64,000 nt of DNA from Candidatus Krumholzibacteriota bacterium. GTDB lineage: Bacteria; Krumholzibacteriota; Krumholzibacteriia; JAJRXK01. Position 1 is the stretch's first letter. Each line of letters opens with the position of its first letter. Below the pieces are notes generated by a model that was not told the DNA's origin, ran no database searches, and saw nothing but the letters and a program-made list of their open reading frames with translations. The stretch is from contig CAVXTH010000006.1 of NCBI GenBank assembly GCA_963764625.1, forward strand, positions 160,001 to 224,000. Direction: 5' to 3'. The translations under genes and the position numbers were made by a program. Positions 55,438 to 64,000 of this stretch are shown one piece after another.

Positions 55438-56127
55438 ATGAGCAAACTCGCCATGTTCGCTACGTTCTTAGCAATCCTCGCCGTGGCATCCGAGGCGACC
55501 GCGCAAAGGATCGGCTTGAGTTTCGATGAGGCCAATACTAAGGTCGCCATCGACGGGCGCTCGGATCTCATTCTCGACCCTTACAATTACTACTTCCCCA
55601 CGGCAGTCGTTTATGTCATCGCGTATGACATTCCGGAGGTATTTGGATACGAGTACAATGTCACCTCGACGGATGCGACCGGGCTCTGGGGTAGGCCGGT
55701 GATCTGGCCTTCGGTCGGCGCGAACTTCGCCACCATCCAGGGTGACGTTCGTGTGGGCACAGGGATATGCTTTCAGGCTGGTAGCAGCGAGGCTGGACCG
55801 GATCCCACCCAGATTCGTCTGGCGAGGCATACGTTCGCGTGGGCGACTCTGCCCTGGTACGACGTGGTGTGCTGCATTCATCCTTCGCAGGCTTCGGTAA
55901 ACGACAGCGGTGCCACGGCTCCCCAGTACACCGAGTGCGTCGCGAACCCGGTTGCTCTGCCCTTCGGTGTTGCTCCAGAGTATGCGAATGCGTGCATTTC
56001 CGACGGGTGCATTCTCGTCGTCTTCGAGTGGGAAGCGGATGGCGTGACTCCCGTCAATTGCGTTCCGGAACCAATCGGCACCCCAGCGCCATCCACGAGT
56101 TGGGGCGCGCTCAAGGCAGCGTACTAG
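55438..56127 (+). CDS. Secreted Cys-containing hypothetical protein with SWGALKAAY tail
   Basis: AGGA RBS; signal peptide ...ASEATA; ends TPAPSTSWGALKAAY. Confidence 0.8.
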   Translation: MSKLAMFATFLAILAVASEATAQRIGLSFDEANTKVAIDGRSDLILDPYNYYFPTAVVYVIAYDIPEVFGYEYNVTSTDATGLWGRPVIWPSVGANFATIQGDVRVGTGICFQAGSSEAGPDPTQIRLARHTFAWATLPWYDVVCCIHPSQASVNDSGATAPQYTECVANPVALPFGVAPEYANACISDGCILVVFEWEADGVTPVNCVPEPIGTPAPSTSWGALKAAY

Positions 56128-56160
56128 CGTGACCTGGCAATTGGGTTGTTGAAGTCCGCA

Positions 56161-56265
56161 ATGGGGAGTCAGGGAGTGGGAGGGAGTCCTTTTCAGAAAT
56201 TCTCCCATATGGCTCATTATAGGGGGTTTTCAAATACCGCTCCCCAAGACTCCCTGATTCCCCAG
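56161..56265. repeat. ~105-bp palindromic GGGA/TCCC element, copy B (inverted relative to A)
   Basis: Terminal inverted repeats TGGGGAGTCAGGGAGT (56162-56177) and ACTCCCTGATTCCCCA (56249-56264), 15/16 match. Confidence 0.7.
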
Positions 56266-56324
56266 ATCAACGCTGTGTCCTCTTGGACTTTAGCAACTAC
56301 ATGAAGACCCTAGCGTCCCGTCCC

Positions 56325-57245
56325 CTAAAACATTGCCTTCAAGTGTCCCCATGTCGTCGATTCCGAGGAAACCTTCAAGTTGATCCCTTTCAGAAAATAC
56401 CCCCGATCCTCCCAGACTTTGATCTTGTAGATGTCCGGTCCGTCCGGCTGCGAGACTTTGATCACGTAGAAGTCGTTGTCTCCGGTGACGAGGGTGTACT
56501 GCTCAACCCCTTGGAATCGCACGACCATTCCCACTTTGAAGCGCGCCAGGAGGGTGCCCGCGTAGAGTGGATCCGTCCCGGGATCACTCCACTCAGTGAT
56601 CTTGGCAAAAGTAGTGAACTGGATGCTCTGAACGGGAGGGATCGCAACCTGGTTGACCAGATCAAATCCGGCATCCCCACGGAACATCGCGCCGACGGAA
56701 TCCAGCTCATCCTGGCGCCCCCAACTGGGACCCACGAACTGTTCAAGCCCATCGTTGGGATCGAAGAAGAACAGAAATTGATCGTCCAGGAGTAGCTCGT
56801 AATCCGAAATCCACATTTTCTCCCAGGTGTTCTTGAAGTTACTCATAAGAGCGTCGGGAGATGTACTGGTCTCGGAAATGTTCTTTGTTGTGACAGCCAC
56901 CGAATTTCCTGTACCCACTGCATTGGCAGTCGTCATAACATCGATTCGAAAGTTATAAGTAGTCCCGGGCTGCAAATGTTGAACTAGGTACTCCGAAGTA
57001 TTCCTGTCAGTAATCGTAACGAGCACCGAGTCATTCGCCGACTCCATTACAACAGTGTAGAAAGAAAAGTCACCCAAAGTAGAGATCGTCCACGAGAGCA
57101 ACACGCTGCCCGATGAGATGTCAGACTCAGTCGGAGTAGAGAGGACTACAGGCGCTGGTCCAACCGGCGGTTCGGTCGTGTCGTTGCTGCTGGAGCAAGC
57201 GGTGAGAGATAGAGTGATCAAGATTAGAGCGTAGAGTTGCTTCAA
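56325..57245 (-). CDS. FN3 + NTF2-like lipoprotein with TWGHLKAMF tail
   Basis: Lipobox LTAC; FN3 (LSW...Y...LQPGTTYNFRI); SPDALMSNF...YELLLDDQFLF domain. TTG start overlaps the upstream stop. Confidence 0.75.
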   Translation of the reverse strand: MKQLYALILITLSLTACSSSNDTTEPPVGPAPVVLSTPTESDISSGSVLLSWTISTLGDFSFYTVVMESANDSVLVTITDRNTSEYLVQHLQPGTTYNFRIDVMTTANAVGTGNSVAVTTKNISETSTSPDALMSNFKNTWEKMWISDYELLLDDQFLFFFDPNDGLEQFVGPSWGRQDELDSVGAMFRGDAGFDLVNQVAIPPVQSIQFTTFAKITEWSDPGTDPLYAGTLLARFKVGMVVRFQGVEQYTLVTGDNDFYVIKVSQPDGPDIYKIKVWEDRGYFLKGINLKVSSESTTWGHLKAMF

Positions 57246-58084
57246 TTGTCTCCCCCCAATTCAGCTCTCAGCTCCCCAAAAGGAAGCCCCGAACTGCCAT
57301 TGTCTTTCCAGAGAATCATAGTAACCAGGCTTCCTAGACGGAATTTATAGTCAGCGATGCCCTTCCAACTTCGCCCAGTGGGAGTTCCTGCTGCATCCAC
57401 TTCGTTGATGATGTAGCGCACGGTAAGGTCAATCTGATCTCCGCTTAGAGTCGGCCCAGAGAGAATGCTGTCGGCCAGTGAGGCCTGGAAAAGGGAGCCC
57501 GTGAACGCGTTTTGAATGAAGTTGCTTTCCCTATCCTTCGTCCACACTGTGTCGAACACTGTCGGATATTGGGCCATCAAGCTCGCCGTGGGCCCGTACA
57601 CGAAATCGGTGCCGATGACTCTAAGGTATTCGTTCGCGTCTCCACAATGCAACGCCCCCTCCAGATTGTATATCACGTTCTGCCAGCTGTCGTTGAACCG
57701 GAAGTCGACATCACAGGCGGAATTCGTCGTAACCGTGATGGTGCTGCCCTTACCCGTCTGGTTGGCAGTCGACTTTACATCCACCCGGAATTGGTACTCG
57801 GTATCCGGTTGCAGATCCTGAACCTCATACTGCGTTGTATTTCTGTCGCTGATGGCAGCAAGAACTGAATCACTCGCCGACTCCATCACGACAGCATAGC
57901 GTGAAAAGTCTCCGGCTGTAGATACTGTCCAGGTGAGCACCACACTGTTGGCAGTTATGTCGGTATCAGTAGGGATTGAAAGAGCTACCGGCTCTGGACC
58001 CGTTGGTGGTGCAGTTGTGTCGCTGCTACTGCCACACGATGATAGCAGCAGAAGCAGGGCCATTAAAGGAAACGCATTTTGCAT
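57242..58084 (-). CDS. FN3 + NTF2-like lipoprotein, paralog of 56325..57245
   Basis: GAGGAG RBS; lipobox LSSC; FN3 (LTW...LQPDTEYQFRV); ends WKD...PFGELRAEL. Confidence 0.75.
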   Translation of the reverse strand: MQNAFPLMALLLLLSSCGSSSDTTAPPTGPEPVALSIPTDTDITANSVVLTWTVSTAGDFSRYAVVMESASDSVLAAISDRNTTQYEVQDLQPDTEYQFRVDVKSTANQTGKGSTITVTTNSACDVDFRFNDSWQNVIYNLEGALHCGDANEYLRVIGTDFVYGPTASLMAQYPTVFDTVWTKDRESNFIQNAFTGSLFQASLADSILSGPTLSGDQIDLTVRYIINEVDAAGTPTGRSWKGIADYKFRLGSLVTMILWKDNGSSGLPFGELRAELGGDN

Positions 58085-58108
58085 GGAATAACTCCTCAGT
58101 ATAAGACA

Positions 58109-58372
58109 CTACTTGCTGAAGCTACCCTTCAAGAGCCCAGGCGACATAGCAGCATTAGGAATGACAGTGTTGGGAGGGAGGATCTGAGTGTGCCGAAGCC
58201 ACTGACCTGCCCCACTGTCCGAGAAAGTCCAGTAGTAACCTTCTATGTCGACTATTTCCCAAGTATCGGCTTGGAGCGCAGTGAAACAGATGATCTGAGG
58301 GCCGTGATACATCGGGTCAAAGAACTGTGCCTTTGGACTTCCCCCGGTATCGTAGACACCTACTGTGCCTGG
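58109..58372 (-). pseudogene. 5'-truncated remnant or small ORF ending in a variant tail (SPGLLKGSF)
   Basis: Open frame of 87 codons from a stop at 58373-58375, with no signal peptide. Ends TVIPNAAMSPGLLKGSFSK. Confidence 0.4.
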
Positions 58373-58412
58373 TTAGAGGCTTCATAGTCCTCGGGACTGA
58401 CATCGCCGACGC

Positions 58413-58440
58413 AGCCCGGCCGCCCATTGGCGACCGGGCT
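58413..58440 (-). terminator. GC-rich hairpin downstream of the 58508 gene
   Basis: AGCCCGGCCGCC-catt-GGCGACCGGGCT; no U-tract. Confidence 0.4.
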
Positions 58441-58507
58441 CGTTTCCAAGTGGGCTTTCGCTCTCCTGTGATCCAGTCTCAACCGGCGGACGGACCCACG
58501 GTCAACA

Positions 58508-59203
58508 CTAGAAGCGCGACTTGAGGGCACCCCAAGTGCTTTCCTGCGATCCAACCTCACAGCTGGGATAGATCACGACTGTAGCCTGAACGACGTCACC
58601 CCAAGCACCGGCTTGCGGACCCGCCGCACAGGTGTCATCGATGAAAGCCGGGTAAGCGGCCGGGATGGGGAAGAGCTGGGTGTTTCCAGTGATCGCCGCG
58701 TTGCTGATCGTGTAGGTCATGCAGTTGATATAGCCGTCGAAGGATCCGAAGACATCGATGTCACTGACCACCGATTGCAACACTCCGCCCACGTAGAGAT
58801 GGCTGGAGGTCACCGTCATCTGATCCACCTGGACGGTATAGTCCTCATCTCCCCAGGGACCGGCGGCTCCGAACCAAAACGCGCCGTTTTGATAGTGCGT
58901 TTCATATTTGACCGTACCGGTTCCGGCGACGCGGGTGTCTGAGGTCATCGTCGGCGCAGCCATGATCGAGGGGCAGATGAGAGTCCATTGCGTGCCCAGG
59001 CTGCCTCCGTCCCAGGACTGTGCGTTGATGGTGTTGCCCAGATTCCCTTCATAGAAGGTGGGCGCGAGCCAGGATTCGCTGAAATGACCCGGGAGGACTT
59101 GGCCTCCCAGATCAGTGGTCTGATAGGTGCCGACCACCGGCGGTCCGGCCAGGGCAAGCACAGGGATCAACAGAATGAAGACGGTCGGGATCAAACGTCT
59201 CAT
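58508..59203 (-). CDS. Secreted hypothetical protein with TWGALKSRF tail
   Basis: AAAGGA RBS; signal peptide ...PVLALA; beta-rich body; ends CEVGSQESTWGALKSRF. Confidence 0.8.
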   Translation of the reverse strand: MRRLIPTVFILLIPVLALAGPPVVGTYQTTDLGGQVLPGHFSESWLAPTFYEGNLGNTINAQSWDGGSLGTQWTLICPSIMAAPTMTSDTRVAGTGTVKYETHYQNGAFWFGAAGPWGDEDYTVQVDQMTVTSSHLYVGGVLQSVVSDIDVFGSFDGYINCMTYTISNAAITGNTQLFPIPAAYPAFIDDTCAAGPQAGAWGDVVQATVVIYPSCEVGSQESTWGALKSRF

Positions 59204-59460
59204 GGGATCTTTCCTTTCGCGAAGAACGATCGTGCTTCTCAAGTGGTCCAGATCTGAACCATCAGGTGGGAGCCGGGCTTTGCCCAGCAAGAACTCTGCG
59301 GGGCTGCGCACAAGGGCGCACTGGGCCGAGCAGAGTATAGAAGAAACTAGATCTTATTATCTAGTATAAAGATCGAGAGAGCGGTGCCTGAACTTGTCAT
59401 CTTACGAATCAAGTTTAGCAGCGGAGGTGCTTGGTGGAATTCCTGGGGGGCTCAGCAAGA

Positions 59461-59487
59461 AGCCCCCGCCGCGATGCGACGGGGGCT
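59461..59487 (-). terminator. Probable intrinsic terminator of the 59534 gene
   Basis: AGCCCCCG...CGGGGGCT stem followed by TCTT on the minus strand. Confidence 0.5.
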
Positions 59488-59533
59488 CACTCATGAAGAG
59501 ACTAGGAATTCTCGATCGTCGATCCTGCGATGA

Positions 59534-60141
59534 CTACCACGAAGCCTTGACGCTACCCCAGGTACGAGGGGCGGCGTCCACCGGTCCCGTGCACGAATGC
59601 CCTTGCCCCTGCGTGATTTCCGAAGAGCGCAAAATCGGAAAAGTTTTGTGTGTGGTCGCAGTTGTAGTCGCACAGTGGATTCGAGTAACTGAAGTCACTT
59701 GCGTCCAGGGCGAAGTCGCCATTGGTATCCAAGGCATGGATTTTGCGCTGGGCGAGCAGGACTCCGTCGGCGCGGATGTCCACGAGGCCTCCGCCGCAGT
59801 CACCACCCTCTGCCAGATGAAACAGGGCCTCTCCGGCGGAATTGGTGGCCAGGATCGCCCGATCGTCGGTGCCATCCGGGCAGCTCCCGGAGCCACCGGG
59901 CGAACAAAGCTGTGGGCCCGCAACAATTACAGAAATCAACCTCGACGACCGAATCCACGCACGCCGCACCCGCGGCATCCCGGACCACGACCAAGAAATC
60001 GGTGTCTCCGGCCGGACAGGTGACGAGACAGGCATCTACCGTCGATTGAGCTGGGTCTGGTGTCCCCGCCAGCGCAAGACAGGGCAGAAAAACCACGGCG
60101 AAAAGGGCAAGAGCGAACGTCGCTAGCTTATTGAGTTTCAT
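59534..60141 (-). CDS. Secreted Cys-rich protein with dockerin/EF-hand-like pair and TWGSVKASW tail (two apparent +1 frameshifts, near 59913 and 59604)
   Basis: AAGGAG RBS. Joining three frames gives signal peptide + GTPDPAQSTV...CPAGD...VVVRD + DTNGDFALDASDF...DYNCDHTQNFSDF + HSCTGPVDAAPRTWGSVKASW. Confidence 0.7.
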
Positions 60142-60351
60142 TGTGACTCCTTTTGGAAGGCGAAGACCCATCGAGACAGCAAACCTCGATAAGCCAGCAT
60201 GAGGCGGGAGCCAGACCTCAGGCTACTTTGCGGCAGAGAGCCAATTTGTGTGAGGAAGCCAAAATTTATGCGTGGGGCAGTCTGCGGATGGGGGGACTAC
60301 CGCAGTAGACGAATTTAGCATACGGAAGGGCAGAGGTCAACGCAAGGGGGC

Positions 60352-60552
60352 TCAGCCCTCTCGCCGCAACTCGAAAAGTCCGGTGAGAGCCAATCCGGTC
60401 CCCACTCCCGCGAAGAGGCCCACGACGAAGCCTACGACGAAACTCCAGGGACTTCCCAAGCTCGCGAAACCGAGCAGGTTTCCGAAGATGATCCCGAGCC
60501 CACCGAGCGTGGCCAGGACGGATCCCAGCGTGAGTTTGACTCTCGTGTCCAT
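60352..60552 (-). CDS. Small two-TM Gly-rich membrane protein
   Basis: MDTRVKLTLGSVLATLGGLGIIFG...FVVGFVVGLFAGVGTGLALTG; GAGGAAGG upstream. Confidence 0.6.
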   Translation of the reverse strand: MDTRVKLTLGSVLATLGGLGIIFGNLLGFASLGSPWSFVVGFVVGLFAGVGTGLALTGLFELRREG

Positions 60553-60800
60553 GAGGCGCCTGCCTTCCTCTTCTTGCAACTCGCTCGCGGGAGCCCATGG
60601 AGACTTCCAACGTCCCCAAGTCCGGCCCCAGCTGCCCACATGCGTCTTCGAAGTTACCCTGGATGCCACCAAGACTACGACATCCAGGCCTCTAGGTTCA
60701 GTCCCACTTCGCGACAACTTTCTGGCCCCGCTCCTCGTAGGAAAGAATCGTCGGGAACGACCCTCAGCATGGCCCTCGTAAAGGATTGAGAAGGAAGAAG

Positions 60801-62069
60801 ATGAACCTAGGACGAATCCTGAAGAAGAAAATCGTGCTGATCGGCCTCGCGGTAGTGGTTTTGGGCTCTCTGGCCGGTTTCATGGCCATTCGCAAGGGCG
60901 AAGCGCCGCCTCAGACGGTCAAGACCGCCAAGGCCTCGCGCCAGAAAATCGTCCAAAAAGTGAGCGCCAACGGGAAAATCCGCGCGCGGACCGAGGTCAA
61001 CATCAGCGCCGATGTCAGCGCCAAGATCACCAAGATCCACGTCAAGGAAGGCCAGGCGGTCAAGAAGGGGATGCTCCTGGTGGAGCTCGACCGCCAGCGC
61101 TATCTGGCCGCGGTGGAGAACGCGGAAGCCACGGTGCGCTCCGCGCAGGCGGACGCAAATCTGGTCAATGAAAACGTCCTGAAGACCAAGCGGGAGCTCG
61201 AGCGTTCTCAGGGCCTGATGGAACGCCATCTCCAATCGGAATCCGAGCATGAGGATGCCAAGTCCGCGTATCAGGTCGAGCTCGCGCGTTACGCTTCCGC
61301 CCGCGACCGGGTGGAACAAGCCAAAGCCACCCTCAAGCAAGTGAAAGACGATCTGTCCAAGACGACGATCTATTCGCCCATGGACGGGACCGTCAGTGAC
61401 CTCCGCAAGGAAGAGGGCGAGATCGCCATCGGCTCGCAATTCCAGGGCGACGTCATTCTCATCGTCTCCGATCTCACCGAGATGGAAGCACGGGTCAACG
61501 TGGACGAGAACGACATCGTCTCGGTCAAAGTAGGGCAGGAGGCGGAGATCGAGGTCGATGCTCTGCTCGGGCAGAAGCTGAAGGGGATCGTCTATGAGAT
61601 CGCCAGCAGCGCCAACGCCACTGGCGCAGGTACTACCGAGCAGAAGACCGAATTCGAGGTGAAGATCAACATCATCGATCCCGATATGGCTCTGCGCCCG
61701 GGAATGACGGCCACCGCCGATATCCTCACCAAGACCAATCCCAACGCGCTCAGTGTGCCCATCCAGAGTGTCGCGGTGCGTACGGTCGACCAGTTGCGCG
61801 CACCGGGCGAGGACCGAGCCGAGATCGAGAAGAAGTACAAGGCCGATAAGGACGGCTTCGTCGAAATCGTCTTTTGCATCGAAGACGGCAAGGCGTTGGC
61901 GAAGCAGGTCAAGACCGGAATCCAGAGCGATGAGTTCATCGAGATTCTGGACGGGCTCAACGAAGGGGATGAAGTGGTGACCGGCAGTTACCGTGCCATT
62001 TCCAAGGACCTGACCAACGGCGACTTGGTTCGAATCGACAACGAATCCAAGACGAGCGACGGGGCTTAG
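60801..62069 (+). CDS. MacA-like efflux periplasmic adaptor subunit
   Basis: N-terminal anchor; [39 protein letters not shown]. Confidence 0.9.
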   Translation: MNLGRILKKKIVLIGLAVVVLGSLAGFMAIRKGEAPPQTVKTAKASRQKIVQKVSANGKIRARTEVNISADVSAKITKIHVKEGQAVKKGMLLVELDRQRYLAAVENAEATVRSAQADANLVNENVLKTKRELERSQGLMERHLQSESEHEDAKSAYQVELARYASARDRVEQAKATLKQVKDDLSKTTIYSPMDGTVSDLRKEEGEIAIGSQFQGDVILIVSDLTEMEARVNVDENDIVSVKVGQEAEIEVDALLGQKLKGIVYEIASSANATGAGTTEQKTEFEVKINIIDPDMALRPGMTATADILTKTNPNALSVPIQSVAVRTVDQLRAPGEDRAEIEKKYKADKDGFVEIVFCIEDGKALAKQVKTGIQSDEFIEILDGLNEGDEVVTGSYRAISKDLTNGDLVRIDNESKTSDGA

Positions 62070-62071
62070 AA

Positions 62072-62813
62072 ATGAGCGTGATGACAAGAGAATCCAATGG
62101 AGTCGCTCTCGCACTGAACGAGGTCGAGAAGACCTACATCATGGGGGCCGAGAAAGTCCACGCCCTGCGCGGCGTTTCGCTTCAGGTGCGCAAGAACGAG
62201 TACGTGGCCGTCATGGGTCCCTCCGGCTCGGGCAAATCGACATCTGATGAACGTGATCGGCTGCCTCGACGTGCCCACCAAGGGCACCTACACGCTGGAG
62301 GGGCAGACGGTCGCGGACATGACCCAGTCCGAATTGGCGGAGATTCGCAATCTGCGCATCGGCTTCGTGTTTCAGACCTTCAATCTGATTCCGCGGGCCG
62401 ACGTGTTTCACAACGTCGAGTTGCCTCTGATCTACGGAGGGGTGCGAAGCCGGGAACGCCGCGAGAGGGCTGAGCAGGCTATCGCGAGGGTGGGCCTGAG
62501 CGACCGTATGAAGCACAAGCCGAACGAGCTCTCCGGAGGGCAGCGCCAACGCGTCGCGATCGCACGCGCCATCGTCCTGAATCCGTCCATCATTCTCGCG
62601 GACGAACCCACAGGAAATCTCGACAGCAAGACCGGTGACGAGATTATGGCGATCTTCGACGAGCTGCACGGCGCTGGACACACCATCATCGTGGTGACCC
62701 ACGAAGATTACATCGCCGAGTACGCCTCGCGGTCGATTCGGCTGAGGGACGGTCTCGTCGAGAGCGACGAAGCCATAGGACGCAAGGCAATGGCCGGAGG
62801 AGCCATGTCGTGA
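62072..62813 (+). CDS. MacB/LolD-type ABC ATP-binding protein (apparent +1 frameshift near 62243)
   Basis: GPSGSGKST, then LMNVIGCLD...LSGGQRQR...ADEPTGNLD in the next frame. Confidence 0.88.
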
Positions 62814-64000
62814 GAGGACTTCGCCTTCTGCTTGACCTCCAGGAGTCGGTCCGTATCGCCTTCGGCGCGCTACGTGCCAACAAGGCTCGCGGAGCGCTGA
62901 CCACCCTGGGGATCATCATCGGTATCGTGGCCGTCATCACCACGATGACCGCGGCGAATGGGCTGCGAAACACCTTCCGCGAGAGCTTCTCCTCGGTGGG
63001 GGCGGACGTACTCTACGTCTCGCGTATGCCGTGGGTCATCCAAGACGACTTCTTTCTGTACCGGAACCGGCCACCGATCGACTTCAAGGAAGCACGGGAC
63101 CTGGAGAAGAGACTGCGTGGCTCGGGGATCGTGAATCCGACCATGAACGGCCGACAGGATACGAAATACCGCTCGGAGAGAATGGATGGGGTCACCATCA
63201 TCGGGACCACCGAAAAGCAGCTGATGGTGTCGAACGCGCAGCCGGAACTCGGCCGCTTCATGTTGCCCTTCGAGGTGACCTACAAACGCAACGTCTGCGT
63301 CATCGGCAGCGACGTACGCAAAGGTTTGTTCGGTTCCATCGATCCGCTCAATAAGGAGATGAAGATCGGCCGTACCACATTCCGCGTCATCGGCGTGATG
63401 GAAGAGCAAGGGGGAAGCTTCCTCGGGGGCCCCAACTTCGACCGGCAGATTTTCATTCCGATCACTTCGTTCGTGGGCGCCTTTGGTGGCCTTCACGGAC
63501 GACAGGACGTCAACATCGCGATCAAAGCGCCCAGCGAGGCGGCAATGAGCGACCTCGAGTACAAGATCATCGGAGAGATGCGCAAGCTCCGCGGACTGCG
63601 TCCGACGGAAAAGGACAATTTCTCCATCAACCGACTCGATACTCTGGTGGGCGCCTTCAACAACGTAATGGGAGTGGTGCTTTTGGTGGGGCTCTTGATC
63701 ACGAGCATTTCGCTTTTCGTGGGTGGGGTGGGGGTGATGAACATCATGTTCGTGTCCATTACCGAGCGCACGCGCGAGATCGGCATTCGCAAGGCCATCG
63801 GAGCCAAGCCGCTCAGCATCATGTTCCAATTTCTCTTCGAGGCAGCCGTGATCTGTCTCTTGGGTGGTGTGATCGGAATCGTCCTGTCGGCCGGAGTGAC
63901 CGCGGCCATCAACGCCTCGCTCATGCCGGCGAACCTGTCCGTGCCCATCCTTTTCATCGCCCTGGTGGTGGCGGTGAGCGTCGGATTGCTCGCGGGACTG
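62810..64000 (+). CDS. MacB/FtsX-family ABC permease (runs off window end)
   Basis: GTG overlapping the upstream stop; [48 protein letters not shown]. Confidence 0.92.
   Translation, partial: MRGLRLLLDLQESVRIAFGALRANKARGALTTLGIIIGIVAVITTMTAANGLRNTFRESFSSVGADVLYVSRMPWVIQDDFFLYRNRPPIDFKEARDLEKRLRGSGIVNPTMNGRQDTKYRSERMDGVTIIGTTEKQLMVSNAQPELGRFMLPFEVTYKRNVCVIGSDVRKGLFGSIDPLNKEMKIGRTTFRVIGVMEEQGGSFLGGPNFDRQIFIPITSFVGAFGGLHGRQDVNIAIKAPSEAAMSDLEYKIIGEMRKLRGLRPTEKDNFSINRLDTLVGAFNNVMGVVLLVGLLITSISLFVGGVGVMNIMFVSITERTREIGIRKAIGAKPLSIMFQFLFEAAVICLLGGVIGIVLSAGVTAAINASLMPANLSVPILFIALVVAVSVGLLAGL

Larger units (their letters stand above)
54815..60300. mobile_element. tRNA-Lys-adjacent accessory islet (no integrase found)
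   Basis: Starts right after the tRNA CCA and is visibly AT-richer than the flanks. Contains only exported hypothetical proteins, long intergenic stretches and a gene remnant. Right boundary approximate. Confidence 0.55.

Noticed and set aside
59394-60126. Plus-strand ORFs 59394..60023, 59699..60049 and 59842..60126
   Set aside because: They are antisense shadows of the frameshifted minus-strand secreted protein.
54790-60800. Direct repeat of the tRNA-Lys 3' end marking an att site
   Set aside because: No convincing copy found by eye. TGGTGG...CCTGGG near 59432 is only a partial, inverted resemblance.

Overview
High-GC bacterial chromosomal window. The gene content and a recurring C-terminal S/T-W-G-x-L-K tail suggest a Latescibacterota/Krumholzibacteriota/Eisenbacteria-like FCB lineage; this is inference, not verified. 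Most of the window is housekeeping or metabolic. It holds an acyl-CoA catabolism hub (3 acyl-CoA dehydrogenases, 3 thiolases, hbd, crotonase, propionyl-CoA carboxylase subunits, methylmalonyl-CoA epimerase, a divergent MeaB-like GTPase), ispH, a GldA/F/G-like ABC system with DUF4340, ygfZ/iscS/iscA/pepA, opp genes, xseAB, an OPT transporter and lpoB. It also holds a swivel-first fused aconitase-family enzyme with a LeuB-type dehydrogenase, tRNA-Leu-tig-clpP-clpX-lon-yihA, purA, tRNA-Lys and a MacAB-type exporter. The most interesting signal is a short conserved C-terminal motif, V-x5-[ST]-[WF]-G-x-[LVM]-[KR]-[AS]-x-aromatic, with no transmembrane helix. It occurs on 7 mostly unrelated exported proteins plus one gene remnant. 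Six of these eight are packed into an AT-richer, integrase-less islet next to tRNA-Lys, so it is a candidate protein-sorting or surface-anchoring signal. The islet also carries two related ~105-bp palindromic GGGA/TCCC elements in inverted orientation around one of these genes. Nine frameshifts in 8 genes all shift +1, which points to sequencing or assembly insertion errors rather than true pseudogenes. All calls come from reading motifs by eye; no searches were run.
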